A stretch of 64,000 bases of DNA from an uncultured bacterium (GCA_963719425.1 OY970382.1:71888-135887); one strand, 5' to 3'. Shown: positions 36,428-46,126, numbered from the stretch's first letter. A program made the numbers and translations. Notes: generated by a model not told the origin, from the sequence alone.

Positions 36428-36540
36428 CTTATCGTGAGCGTGGCGAGGGAACTGGCCCAACGACCCACCGACAACCCCCGGCGATGCGCAATTGCGCGGC
36501 AATAGGAAGGTGTCACATCCAGCCCGCAAGGGAAAGATAA
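36428..36540 (+). promoter_or_regulatory. SAM-I (S-box) riboswitch in the metK leader
   Basis: CUUAUCGUGAGCGUGGCGAGGGAACUGGCCCAACGACCCACCGACAACC...GGUGUCACAUCCAGCCCGCAAGGGAAAGAUAAAGG matches the S-box consensus (CUUAUCAAGAG.GG.GGAGGGACUGGCCC.AUGAAACCC.GCAACC...GGUGC.AAUUCC.GC...GAAAGAUGAG). P1 cttatc/gataag. Confidence 0.8.
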
Positions 36541-36550
36541 AGGTCGCAAT

Positions 36551-36578
36551 GCTTTTCTTTCGGGAAAGGCGTTTTTTA
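36551..36578 (+). terminator. Riboswitch expression-platform intrinsic terminator
   Basis: GCUUUUC-UUUCGG-GAAAGGC (one G-U wobble) followed by GUUUUUUAUU, ~40 nt before the metK ATG. Confidence 0.6.
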
Positions 36579-36618
36579 TTCTGTTCGGTTGGAACTTTCA
36601 AGAATAAAATTAAAAACA

Positions 36619-37602
36619 ATGAGTACGATCATAAAAACCGCGGAATTCGTTTCGCCGAAACATCCGGACAAGGCCTGTGACCAGATCGCGGACGCGCTTC
36701 TGGACGCCTATCTTGCGGGCGACAAAGCGGGCGGACCGCGAAGCCGCGTGGCGGTGGAGGTGATGGGCGGGCACGGCCACATCACGATCTCGGGAGAAGT
36801 GACGAGCGCGACCGAGGTAGACATTCCAAATGTGGTGAAGGGCATCGTTGGCCAGGAATATGCCGTGCACCCCTACCTTACGAAGCAGAGCCCGGAGATC
36901 GCGCGGGGCGTGGACACGGGCGGCGCGGGGGACCAGGGAATCATGATGGGCTATGCCACGCGCGAAACGGAAAACTTCATGCCGGTTGAATACGAGCTCG
37001 CGCGGAAACTCTGCCGTGCGATTTACGAAAAATATCCGTACGACGGAAAGACGCAGGTGACCGTGGAATGGCCGGACGGCGCGGGGAACGGGAAGCCAAA
37101 AGTGCGCACGGTCGTCACGAGCTTCCAGAACACGAAGAGCGCGGAACTCCTTGCGCTTGTGAAGGAGGTCATCGCCGCGGATGAATATTTGATAAACCCC
37201 ACAGGCGAGTGGACACTTGGGAGTTTTGATGCGGACTCGGGACTTTCCGGCCGGAAGATCGTAATAGACAACTACGGGCCGGAGGTCGGCGTGGGCGGCG
37301 GTTCGTTCTCAGGAAAGGATTATACGAAGGTGGACCGGTCGGGTGCATACATGGCGCGGCGGATCGCGGTGGATTATTTGAAGAACCATCCGGAGGCAAA
37401 AACCGCGCGCGCGAAGCTCGCCTACGCGATCGGAAAAGCGGAACCCGTGATGGCGGTCGTAGAGGTGAATGGCGATGAGTTCCCAATAGAAGGATACGAC
37501 CTTACGCCGAAAGGAATCTTCGCGTTCCTGAAATTGAGCGAAGTGAAGTGGGCAGAGACCGCCGCGTGGGGCCACTTCGGGAGGGAATTCAGCTGGGGAT
37601 AG
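36619..37602 (+). CDS. metK: S-adenosylmethionine synthetase
   Basis: MSTIIKTAEFVSPKHPDKACDQIADALLDAYL...GGGSFSGKDYTKVDRSGAYMARRIAV. Confidence 0.9.
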   Translation: MSTIIKTAEFVSPKHPDKACDQIADALLDAYLAGDKAGGPRSRVAVEVMGGHGHITISGEVTSATEVDIPNVVKGIVGQEYAVHPYLTKQSPEIARGVDTGGAGDQGIMMGYATRETENFMPVEYELARKLCRAIYEKYPYDGKTQVTVEWPDGAGNGKPKVRTVVTSFQNTKSAELLALVKEVIAADEYLINPTGEWTLGSFDADSGLSGRKIVIDNYGPEVGVGGGSFSGKDYTKVDRSGAYMARRIAVDYLKNHPEAKTARAKLAYAIGKAEPVMAVVEVNGDEFPIEGYDLTPKGIFAFLKLSEVKWAETAAWGHFGREFSWG

Positions 37603-37623
37603 GGAAGCGCTGGGCGTTGCCCG

Positions 37624-38085
37624 CTAGTTCAGCATCCAGACGGCGTAGTTCAGATACGCAGCGAAGCTGACCCAGAGGATGTAGGGCAGAAGAAGATATG
37701 CAGCCGCGGGAGAGATTTTATAGAACGTAATAATAGTGGCGAGGACCGCGAGCCAGAGAAGAACGATATCCGCGAACGCGCCCGCGGGGTTGTGTGCGCC
37801 AAAGAATATCGCCGACCACGCCACGTTCAAAAGCAGCTGGACACCAAAGATGACGAGCGCGGTCCGTACCTCAGTGCGTCCAAATCCTTTTTGCCACACA
37901 AGAAACGCCGCGATGCCCATCAAAAGGTAAAGCGTCGTCCAGACAGGGCCGAAGATCCAGTTCGGCGGATTGAGCGCGGGCTTCGCAAGTCCGGCGTACC
38001 AGCCGGAAATGGCGGGGACGGTGAATAGGGAACCCACGGCGCCCGCGAGCTCGCATATCACAACGGAGGCGATGAGCTGGAGCAT
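37624..38085 (-). CDS. TspO/MBR tryptophan-rich sensory protein
   Basis: GWYAGLAKPALNPPNWIFGPVWTTLYLLMGIAAFLVW. Confidence 0.8.
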   Translation of the reverse strand: MLQLIASVVICELAGAVGSLFTVPAISGWYAGLAKPALNPPNWIFGPVWTTLYLLMGIAAFLVWQKGFGRTEVRTALVIFGVQLLLNVAWSAIFFGAHNPAGAFADIVLLWLAVLATIITFYKISPAAAYLLLPYILWVSFAAYLNYAVWMLN

Positions 38086-38100
38086 AAGAAAATTATAACA

Positions 38101-38164
38101 GGTTCTAAAATGAAGAGCGCCGTTCCCTAGCGGAACGGCGCCGTCTTGTCACGTGGACAAGACG
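38101..38164 (-). terminator. Tandem hairpins downstream (minus strand) of the 38194-39558 gene
   Basis: gcgccgttcc-ctagc-ggaacggcgc and cgtcttgtc-acgtg-gacaagacg, followed on the minus strand by tcttcatttt. Confidence 0.4.
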
Positions 38165-38193
38165 AAATATCAGAAAACGTAATTCAGACCGAA

Positions 38194-39558
38194 TCAGGGT
38201 GTGAGGACGCCACCGGAGATATTTGTATTCAGACCAAGTCTTAGGTGTTTCCATGACTTGCGCCTCAACCAAACTTCCGGTTCGGCAGCATCGGGCCGAT
38301 GACCGCTGCGTGCACGGTAGTAACCGGCTCCGGACAGCAGCATCCCGTGGCCGAGCGGCAACTCCTTGGTTCCCCAAACAATGAGTGTCTCTTGTGGAAC
38401 GCGCACGCCGGCAACCCGGGAAAACTGGCCGACGGTGAGATTCTTGAATATCTTACTCAACGGCTTCCCGACTAGGGGAGCCTCGGTCAGCCGAACTTTT
38501 CCTCCCAATTGCATGAAGGGGTGTTTTGAAGTCCCCCCTTGTTCTGAGGTGAAAGAGAGGAATTGTAGGCGTTTCAGGGGAGGCGAGTAGTTAACCGCGT
38601 TGTTTGTGAGAAACGGTAACTCGCCGATTTCCGCGAATCCGGAGCCCGAGATTTTCCCGTACGGCGTCCGGACCGCCCAAGTGTAATTTGGTTCCACCAT
38701 ATCACCGGCGAAGCCATTAGGCGTGAACGGCAGAACTTCTACATTCAGGCTGCCAGTGGTCTTGGCTATCTGCGCAGAACTGTCTGTGTTGCGCCTTTTC
38801 CCGCCCGCGCCGGTTTGCGCTTTTGCGATCCCACCCATGCTTCCAAAAAAAAGCACAGTGGTGATGACGAATGACGCGAACCGCAGAGCAGCTTTAAGCT
38901 GTTTCCGAGGATCGATCTTGGTCGGGTACAGAAAAATTGATATCGGCCAAACAATAGCTGCCAGAAAAATGCGCCAGGTTTCGATGGGAATCTTCAACCC
39001 CTTACCCCGGAGCCGCAGGAGAAAGAAAACAAGCGCCAGCGGCAACGATTGAAGATACGCAATACGGAGGATCGGTAAAAGTTCTGCATAATTCGGAGCG
39101 TTGCGTTCCCCATGTCCGCGATCCGTGCCGTAATACGCAAGGCTCGCCTTCTGCATCGCTTCCTCGGGGTAACGCTTGTCGTACTTCTGCTTGAGCTCCT
39201 CGAGGTGGCTGCTTCGGAGAGCGTTTGTTCGAATTCTCAAGATCACTAGCGTTTGCGGGTCTTTCTCTTGCCACCTACGAGTTTCGTACTTTTGGAGTAA
39301 AAGCTCCGCACGTCTCGCGCGTCCCTGGAGTTTGAAATATTCCTGGGGATCATCACTCGCAGGTTTTTGGAATTCCCGCTTTAGCGAATCGAGTTCGCCC
39401 ATAATTTCATCGGCTTTCAGAGACGGTACATCCTTCATAGTCAGCCATTCCGACTCACTGTCGAGCCGGTTGATTTCCAAAACCACCGGAAGGACGACCA
39501 AAGCGAACAGAACAACAACAGCGAAGTAGAACCACCCCCACTTAATCTCCAATCGCAT
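38194..39558 (-). CDS. Hypothetical multi-pass membrane protein
   Basis: 454-aa ORF. N-terminal TM, internal TMs (LPLALVFFLLRL, FLAAIVWPISIFLY, FASFVITTVLFFG). Confidence 0.5.
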   Translation of the reverse strand: MRLEIKWGWFYFAVVVLFALVVLPVVLEINRLDSESEWLTMKDVPSLKADEIMGELDSLKREFQKPASDDPQEYFKLQGRARRAELLLQKYETRRWQEKDPQTLVILRIRTNALRSSHLEELKQKYDKRYPEEAMQKASLAYYGTDRGHGERNAPNYAELLPILRIAYLQSLPLALVFFLLRLRGKGLKIPIETWRIFLAAIVWPISIFLYPTKIDPRKQLKAALRFASFVITTVLFFGSMGGIAKAQTGAGGKRRNTDSSAQIAKTTGSLNVEVLPFTPNGFAGDMVEPNYTWAVRTPYGKISGSGFAEIGELPFLTNNAVNYSPPLKRLQFLSFTSEQGGTSKHPFMQLGGKVRLTEAPLVGKPLSKIFKNLTVGQFSRVAGVRVPQETLIVWGTKELPLGHGMLLSGAGYYRARSGHRPDAAEPEVWLRRKSWKHLRLGLNTNISGGVLTP

Positions 39559-39701
39559 GCTATCCCCCTTATCCTTCTTTTTTTGTGATTCAACAAGCCT
39601 AGTAAAGCAAGTTAAAGGCCGATCATATTTTAGTATATTTATAAATTAATGTCAAGCGATTCGTCATAATGCCTTCGTTGAGCGGGTGTATACTGAACCT
39701 A

Positions 39702-40406
39702 ATGCCTCATCCCAAAAAGCTCGCCATCTTTGACATTGACGGGACGGTCTTCCGGTCCAGCTTGCTCATTGAGCTTGTGGACGCGCTGATCCACGAGGGC
39801 GTTTTCAAACCAAGCGCGATGCGGATCTACGAGCGGGATAAACGCGCATGGCTTGACCGGAAGGGGGACTACGACGCCTATATTGAAAGCGTCATCCGCG
39901 CGTTCCTCAAAAATATCAAAGGCGTGCCGTACGCCCGTTTCGCGCGCGTGGCGAAAAAAGTGGTCGCGCTTCACAAAAACCGCGTGTACCGCTATACGCG
40001 CGATCTCGTCCGCGCCTTAAGGCGCAAGGGATACTGGCTCGTCGCGATCTCGCACTCGCCGCGCGGCGTTGTGGGACCGTTCGCCGCGCAGATTGGGTTC
40101 AACAAAGTGTACGGGCTGCTGTACGAGCTCGGCCCCACGAGACGGTTCAACGGGAAGGTGATGTTTGAAGATCTCATTTTTGACAAGGCAAAGATCGTGG
40201 CGCGCGTGCTCGCGAAGGAAGGCGTCACGCTCCGCGGGTCCGTGGGCGTGGGGGATACGGAAAGCGACATTCCTTTTTTGAAGCTTGTCACCCGGGCGAT
40301 TTGCTTCAATCCGAACGAGAAGCTCTACCGCGCGGCGCGCCGCCATAGCTGGGAGATCGTCGTGGAGCGGAAGGATGTGGTGTACCGGATAGGAGAGGCA
40401 AGGTAG
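39702..40406 (+). CDS. HAD-superfamily phosphatase
   Basis: LAIFDIDGTVF (motif I DxDG). VGVGDTESDIPFLK (motif IV). Confidence 0.65.
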   Translation: MPHPKKLAIFDIDGTVFRSSLLIELVDALIHEGVFKPSAMRIYERDKRAWLDRKGDYDAYIESVIRAFLKNIKGVPYARFARVAKKVVALHKNRVYRYTRDLVRALRRKGYWLVAISHSPRGVVGPFAAQIGFNKVYGLLYELGPTRRFNGKVMFEDLIFDKAKIVARVLAKEGVTLRGSVGVGDTESDIPFLKLVTRAICFNPNEKLYRAARRHSWEIVVERKDVVYRIGEAR

Positions 40407-40435
40407 CTCTTGCTCGGCGTGGTATTATTAAGGGG

Positions 40436-41173
40436 ATGAATGCCCTCTCCGTTGAAAGACTCACGAAAATATTCGGTACGAGGGACGGCAATGTGGCGGT
40501 CAATGACATTTCGCTAACGCTCACCGCGGGCGAGGTCTATGCGCTCATTGGGCCGAACGGATCGGGAAAGACGACGTTCATAAAGATAATCGTTGGCCTT
40601 TTGCACCCGTCGCGGGGGAAGGTGTTCGTGAACGGCATTGACGTAACAAAAGATCCTGCGCGCGCGAAGGCTGTGATCGGATATATTCCGGACGAACCGG
40701 ATGCGTGGGCGGGGATGACGGGGGAGGAATTTCTGCACTTTGTCGGCGCGCTTTTCGGCGTTCCCGCAGCCCTCCGGCGCGACCGCATCCGGGAGCTCTT
40801 GGGGAAGTTTCATCTCGGAGGTGTGGAGAAAGGGTACTTTGAGGATTACTCGCGCGGCAACAAACAGAAATTTTCCATCATGGCGGCGCTGCTCCACCAT
40901 CCTCAGTTCCTGCTCATTGATGAGCCGATCGTGGGGCTGGATCCGGAGAGCGCGGAGATCGCGAAGCACGAATTCCGCGAATTCGCGAACCGCGGAGGGA
41001 CGGTCCTCATTGCGACGCACACGCTCCCCGTGGCAGAGGAGATCGCCGACGTGATCGGCGTCTTGAAGAACGGCAAGCTCGTCGCTTCGGCGCCGCTTGC
41101 AGCGTTGCGCAAGAAGGCGGAGCTGGGTCCCACGGCCGATCTCGCGGACATCTACCGCGCGCTCACGAAATAA
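40436..41173 (+). CDS. ABC transporter ATP-binding protein
   Basis: Walker A GPNGSGKTT. Signature YSRGNKQKFSIMAAL. Walker B LLIDEPIVGLD. Confidence 0.85.
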   Translation: MNALSVERLTKIFGTRDGNVAVNDISLTLTAGEVYALIGPNGSGKTTFIKIIVGLLHPSRGKVFVNGIDVTKDPARAKAVIGYIPDEPDAWAGMTGEEFLHFVGALFGVPAALRRDRIRELLGKFHLGGVEKGYFEDYSRGNKQKFSIMAALLHHPQFLLIDEPIVGLDPESAEIAKHEFREFANRGGTVLIATHTLPVAEEIADVIGVLKNGKLVASAPLAALRKKAELGPTADLADIYRALTK

Positions 41174-41184
41174 ACGCGCTCACC

Positions 41185-42885
41185 ATGTTCTCGTTGAGAA
41201 AATATCTGAGGACGCAACGGGCGGCGAAGATCATCACGATCATTCTCTTTCTTGCGGTACTCTTCGCCGTCGCCTCCGGCGTCTACTATTTCTTCCGCTG
41301 GGAATTCTCGGCTATCGCGCATGATGCGTATCTCCGCGTCGCACTCCCGCTCTACTTCTACGAAAATCTTTTCCTTGTCGTGTTCATGCTTGTTTTTGTG
41401 AGCAGTTTCATAAGCGGGATGTTCGCGCTCTTCCGTGGTGCGCATGACGCGTTCGTCATGGCATCGCCGCGCTTCACGATGGTCTTCTGGCGCGCCTACC
41501 GGCGCACCTTCCTCTCGTCGCTTTGGCCGGTCGTCGTCATCCTGATCCCGGCGTTCCTCGGTTCAAGCGCCGTTTTTCCGGTATCGCTCGCGGGCGGCGC
41601 GCTCTTTCTTCTCTCCATCGCATGTTTGGCGGGCATAGCGGTCGCGCTCGCACTCGCCCTTCTTATTGTGTGCGCGTGCGCATTGTATTTGTTGCAGCGC
41701 TTTTTCTTGAAATATTTTGACGTGGACGGACTTTTCGGTTTCGGCAAGTCGGCGGTTCTCGGTGTCCTTGTGATCGCCGCTGGGTTCGTCGCTGTCTGGC
41801 GCCGCGCATGGACGGGGGACGTTGTGTCCCTCTTCGCGCCGACGAACGCGACGTGGGCGGCGTCGCGTCTGGACGTCGTTCTCACGCGCTTCAGCGCCTT
41901 TCCGACCCACCTTGCGACCCTCTCGCTTTGGAACGCCCAAATGGGCTCGCCGGGCAGCGCCTTCATCGCAAGCATCGGGCTTGCCGCAATATGCGCCCTG
42001 TGCCTGCTCATCATGCGCGTCACGCAGCCGGCGTTCCTGACGCTCTGGCAGCTTTTTCAAGAAGGGAGCTTCCAAGCCAAGACCTCCGTTGCGGAGCGGG
42101 CGGGAGGCGCGGGGCAGGGAGGAGGGCGCGGCCCCGTCGCCTTCCCGCGTTTTTTCAAAAGCCCGCGCGGGGCGATCTTTGAAAAAGAAGGACTCATGTT
42201 GTTCCGCGAGATGCGCAGCGCCCTTTGGTTCTTCTTCTTGTTCCTCCTGTGGATGGTGCAGCTCGTGCTTGAATTCTTCGTCCGCGAGAACCTCGTGCGG
42301 CACAGTACGGACCTCGGGGCGGTCGTCGCGAGCGTGGAAGCGCTCCAGCTTGCGACCGCCGTCTACTTCGTGAGCGCATTTATCCTGCGGTTCGTGTTCC
42401 CGGCATTCAGCAGCGAGCGCCGCACGGCGTGGATCCTGGGCACGGCGCCGCTCCGCATGCGGAGCGTCTTCTGGGGAAAGTTCTTTTTCTACGCGCTCGT
42501 ATTCCTCTGTCTCGGCGCGGTGTTTTGCGGCGTGAATTTCTTCGTCCTTCAGATGGCGCTCGCGCAAGCCGCGGCATTTTTCATTTTCGTGTTCCTGATG
42601 ATCGTATTTTTGGTCGCGTTCGGCCTTGGCCTCGGGGCAATGTTCCCGAATTTTGACAGCGACGATCCAGAAGTGTTGAGCACAACGCTCCCGGGCCTCG
42701 GGTTCACGTTCGGGTCGCTTCTCTACGGCGGCGTGGGGACGTATGTCTTTTACCAATTCTTGTCCCACGGCGCGGCCGCATTCCTCGTGGGCTTCAATGT
42801 CCTCACCATTGCGCTCACGGTGCTTCTTTTGTTCCTCGCGCTCCGCGCACTGGATAGCTTTGAGTTCACGAAGGAATATTCTTAG
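41185..42885 (+). CDS. Multi-pass membrane protein, putative ABC permease partner
   Basis: 566 aa, >=10 hydrophobic helices. Immediately downstream of the ATPase. Confidence 0.55.
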   Translation: MFSLRKYLRTQRAAKIITIILFLAVLFAVASGVYYFFRWEFSAIAHDAYLRVALPLYFYENLFLVVFMLVFVSSFISGMFALFRGAHDAFVMASPRFTMVFWRAYRRTFLSSLWPVVVILIPAFLGSSAVFPVSLAGGALFLLSIACLAGIAVALALALLIVCACALYLLQRFFLKYFDVDGLFGFGKSAVLGVLVIAAGFVAVWRRAWTGDVVSLFAPTNATWAASRLDVVLTRFSAFPTHLATLSLWNAQMGSPGSAFIASIGLAAICALCLLIMRVTQPAFLTLWQLFQEGSFQAKTSVAERAGGAGQGGGRGPVAFPRFFKSPRGAIFEKEGLMLFREMRSALWFFFLFLLWMVQLVLEFFVRENLVRHSTDLGAVVASVEALQLATAVYFVSAFILRFVFPAFSSERRTAWILGTAPLRMRSVFWGKFFFYALVFLCLGAVFCGVNFFVLQMALAQAAAFFIFVFLMIVFLVAFGLGLGAMFPNFDSDDPEVLSTTLPGLGFTFGSLLYGGVGTYVFYQFLSHGAAAFLVGFNVLTIALTVLLLFLALRALDSFEFTKEYS

Positions 42886-42891
42886 GACACC

Positions 42892-44025
42892 ATGGAAAGG
42901 CTTGAGGCAAAGGACCGGGTCTTCACGGTCGCGGAATATATAGAGCTCCTGAACGAGTTCTTCAAGGCGCAGGCGGCGAGGATCACGGGGGAGGTTTCGG
43001 AACTCACGCGCGCGGCGTCGGGCCACGTGTATTTCACGGTGAAGGACAAGGCTGACGGCGCGGTTCTGGACTGCATCATGTGGCGCCACAACTACGAACT
43101 CTGCGGCGTCACGCTTGAAGTGGGAATGGAGGTGATCCTCTCCGGGCACCCGAACATTTACGCGCCATCCGGGCGGCTGTCGTTTATCGCGGACACCGTG
43201 GAGCTTGTGGGCGAAGGGGCTTTGAAGAAGGCGTACGAAGCGCTTAAGCGCAAACTGGAAGCGGAGGGCATGTTCGCGCCAGAACGGAAGCGGCCGCTTC
43301 CGGAATATCCGACGAAGATCGGCGTCATCACCTCTTTGAAGGGCGCCGTGATCCACGATTTTGAAAATAATCTGGGAAAATTCGGGTTCAAAGTGAACGT
43401 GCTGGACTCGCGCGTGGAGGGCCAGCAGGCGGTGGCGCCGCTTTCGGAAGCGCTCGCCGTCATGCGGCGCCTGGCGGAAGCTGGCCGCATAGAGGTGCTC
43501 GTCGTGATCCGCGGCGGCGGATCGCTTGAGTCACTCCAGGCATTCAATAACGAAAAGCTTGTGCACGCGGTTGCGGATTTTCCGGTACCCGTCATCGCGG
43601 GGATCGGGCACGAAAAAGATGTGCCGCTCGTTGCGCTCGCGGCGGACTTCATGACCTCCACCCCCACGGCCGCAGCGCATCTTTTGAGCCGTCCTTGGGA
43701 AGAGGCGTATGCGAAGTTGCGCGAGGTGGCGTATCTTTTTTCGCGTGTGGAAGCGCAGTTCGAACGAGTTCGCGCGGAGTTGGATACGGTGTGGAGCTCT
43801 ATCGTGGACCATACGGCGCAGGGGATCCTGCACGTCAAAGAAACGCTCGTGAACGCAGAGCGGCTTTTGCGCGTGCACGATCCGCGGCGGCCATTGCGGC
43901 TCGGGTATGCCATCGTGCGGCGGGAGGGGAAATTGGTGCGGAGCGTCCGGGATGTGGATGTCGGAGACGTGCTCCACACGGAACTTGCGGACGGGGTGGT
44001 GAGGTCAAAGGTGGAAGATCCTTAA
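42892..44025 (+). CDS. xseA: Exodeoxyribonuclease VII large subunit
   Basis: OB-fold N-term (ITGEVSELTRAASGHVYFTVKD). Catalytic core IGVITSLKGAVIHDF...IRGGGSLE. Confidence 0.8.
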   Translation: MERLEAKDRVFTVAEYIELLNEFFKAQAARITGEVSELTRAASGHVYFTVKDKADGAVLDCIMWRHNYELCGVTLEVGMEVILSGHPNIYAPSGRLSFIADTVELVGEGALKKAYEALKRKLEAEGMFAPERKRPLPEYPTKIGVITSLKGAVIHDFENNLGKFGFKVNVLDSRVEGQQAVAPLSEALAVMRRLAEAGRIEVLVVIRGGGSLESLQAFNNEKLVHAVADFPVPVIAGIGHEKDVPLVALAADFMTSTPTAAAHLLSRPWEEAYAKLREVAYLFSRVEAQFERVRAELDTVWSSIVDHTAQGILHVKETLVNAERLLRVHDPRRPLRLGYAIVRREGKLVRSVRDVDVGDVLHTELADGVVRSKVEDP

Positions 44026-44290
44026 CGCTGGAAGCAACCAGGAGGACTGGGTTAAGGCCTTACCTGGAACTTAGCGCGGTGTGGTACTGCCCCTTTGTTC
44101 GATTTTTAAGTCGTGTAGGAGTTGCGCCTCGCACTCTCCCTCCTCCTGCCTCAGGCACTTGCCCGTCGGCTTAGACGATGGCATTTCAGCCACCGGCGTC
44201 AGGCGTTCGGTATCACCCTACTTGCCACGGGGGAGATGCTTTATCCCATACCACGAGGATTATTCAGCCACTACTTCCAGCGTTAAGAAT
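44026..44290. ncRNA. Candidate structured ncRNA (~265 nt) closed by a 9-bp terminal helix; identity unknown
   Basis: No credible ORF. cgctggaag (44026) pairs with cttccagcg (44282). GC-rich with many local hairpins. Confidence 0.3.
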
Positions 44291-44391
44291 CTCATGTGAG
44301 ATAACGGTGGCCAATAGCGAGCATTACGACTTTTTTAATAATTTTTTAATCTTGGGGTGAAGCTTTTCCCGAACGCGGTATAATAGAGGCC

Positions 44392-44862
44392 ATGGATGAC
44401 TGTCTCTTCTGCAAGATCATAAAAGGTGAGATAGAGTCCGTAAAGATCTGGGAGGACGGGAAATTTCTCGCTATCCTTGACGTGAGTCCAAATACGAAGG
44501 GGATGACACTTCTTCTTACGAAAGCCCACTACGATTCATATGCGTTCGATATGCCGGGCGAGGTCTACGCGGAATTCATGCTCGCCGCAAAGCGGGTGGC
44601 GAAGGTCCTTGAGGTGGGGCTTCACGTCATGCGGGTCGCGATGGTGATGGAGGGGATGGGGATCAACCATGCACACATCAAGCTTTATCCGCTCCAGGGG
44701 GTTACGGAGAAATTCAAGGAGATGTGGGCGAAAGAGAGAATCTATTTCGAAAGATACCCGGGTTATCTTTCAACCCAACTCGGCCCAGCGGCCACCATGG
44801 AGGCATTGCGCAAGGTCGCGGAGGAAATAAAAGAAAATTGTGGCGAAAAAGGAAAACTTTAA
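44392..44862 (+). CDS. HIT-family (histidine triad) nucleotide hydrolase
   Basis: DCLFCKIIKGEI...INHAHIKLYPL (HxHxHxx). Confidence 0.8.
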   Translation: MDDCLFCKIIKGEIESVKIWEDGKFLAILDVSPNTKGMTLLLTKAHYDSYAFDMPGEVYAEFMLAAKRVAKVLEVGLHVMRVAMVMEGMGINHAHIKLYPLQGVTEKFKEMWAKERIYFERYPGYLSTQLGPAATMEALRKVAEEIKENCGEKGKL

Positions 44863-45037
44863 GGATCAGTTGAAGGAGATAAGCGATATCCTTGCGTGGT
44901 TTGACGCGCAGGAGGAGCTTGACGTGGAAGCGGCGCTCGTGAAGATCAAGAAAGCGGCCGAGCTTATTAAGGCAAGCCGGAAGCGGCTCGGGGAGATAGA
45001 GAACGAGTTCAAGGAGGTGAAGGGGGAGGCGGAGTAA
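44840..45037 (+). CDS. xseB: Exodeoxyribonuclease VII small subunit
   Basis: 65 aa. MAKKENFKDQLKEISDILAWFDAQEELDVEAALVKIKKAAELIKASRKRLGEIENEF fits the XseB helical pattern. Confidence 0.55.
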   Translation: MAKKENFKDQLKEISDILAWFDAQEELDVEAALVKIKKAAELIKASRKRLGEIENEFKEVKGEAE

Positions 45038-45223
45038 GATTGATGGACGTAAATCAAAAAACGCCATGGGTATGGCATTCTTTGACGGCGCTTGGCTACG
45101 GTTTAACAAGTAGTGACCGTGACAGGGCCGAAACCCTCCAAGCGTCATGTTTAGGTTAGCAGAATAATTGCATTCGTCAAATTTCTTTTAAGAACTTTTT
45201 AATGCCTTGTTTGATATGGTTCT

Positions 45224-45568
45224 TTGGTGACGAAGGATGAAATAACGCAATTTCTTGATTCGTTCCAGGCGAAGCGTGAGCGGACGATGGTGATCGTTGA
45301 TTTCGGCAATGTTGCCAAGTGGACGCAGAGTCTGCGTTGGCGGATAGGCATTAAAGAACTTGGTCATTTCGCCCGCAAACTTTCGATCGGCAAAACTTTT
45401 TTGCGAAGGTTTTATTATGGCGCCGATTACGGCCCGCGCGAATCAAACATGATGGTAAATGAGCGGTCGCGGTTGGTTTATGAAAAAGCGCGGATGAGCG
45501 GGTTTGAGCCGGTTGTTAAGCGAGTGAAATATATTCACGACCGAGACAATGTCCACGGCTGGATTTGA
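45224..45568 (+). CDS. Hypothetical protein (TTG/GTG start)
   Basis: ORF with TTG at 45224 or GTG at 45227. No family assigned. Confidence 0.35.
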   Translation: MVTKDEITQFLDSFQAKRERTMVIVDFGNVAKWTQSLRWRIGIKELGHFARKLSIGKTFLRRFYYGADYGPRESNMMVNERSRLVYEKARMSGFEPVVKRVKYIHDRDNVHGWI

Positions 45569-46126
45569 TTATTCGCCAAGAGATTGATACGTAGCAATAA
45601 TGAGGCGGCCATTATAAGTGTGATTGTCAGGACAACACCAGGCACGAAATATGCAATGAAGTGGCTAAAGTTCTTGAACGGCTCCATGTCTTTATTTTAT
45701 CACGATCCGACCTTTGGCAATCCCAAAGTCCGTGTTGGCGAGGAGACTTGAAAAAGCGGCCATCCGCCAAGTGAAACCGCCGTACAATAAAGCGCTGAAG
45801 AGGACAAGAAGATATTCCTAATAGCAGGTATAGAAACCCATCCGTGGAAGTGAGTTTCGCGGCGGTTTTTCTTGCGCTAGCTTTTCTGTTCTCATGCGGC
45901 CATGATAATCCTTTGCACTCGTTCTTGCAATCGCGATTTTCTTCTGGATAGTTCTTGGACATGGATTCGTCGCGGGCCGGTAAGACCGGCCCGCTCCTGC
46001 GGAACCTCTCGGTTCCGCACTGCCCAGCCGTAAAACTTACGGCTGGGCCCTCCTACACGGGGAAACTACCGTTTCCCCGACCCCCTCCCCACATCTAGAT
46101 CTAGTGCGGTGTAGTATGGTTATGAA

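Noticed and set aside
41563-43356. 597-aa minus-strand ORF opposite the ABC permease/xseA
   Set aside because: The translation is a low-complexity Arg/Glu/Pro-rich sequence. The plus-strand genes have clear ABC and XseA features.
44026-44290. RNase P RNA or SRP RNA assignment
   Set aside because: Only isolated short strings resemble conserved regions. The P4-forming GGAAAGUCCGGGC element and the SRP helix-8 GGAA loop context are absent, and the region is too short for bacterial RNase P. Left as a generic ncRNA candidate.
45567-45686. 39-aa hydrophobic micro-ORF on the minus strand (MEPFKNFSHFIAYFVPGVVLTITLIMAASLLLRINLLAN)
   Set aside because: It could be a real small membrane peptide. It has no RBS or conservation evidence and is below any confident calling threshold.
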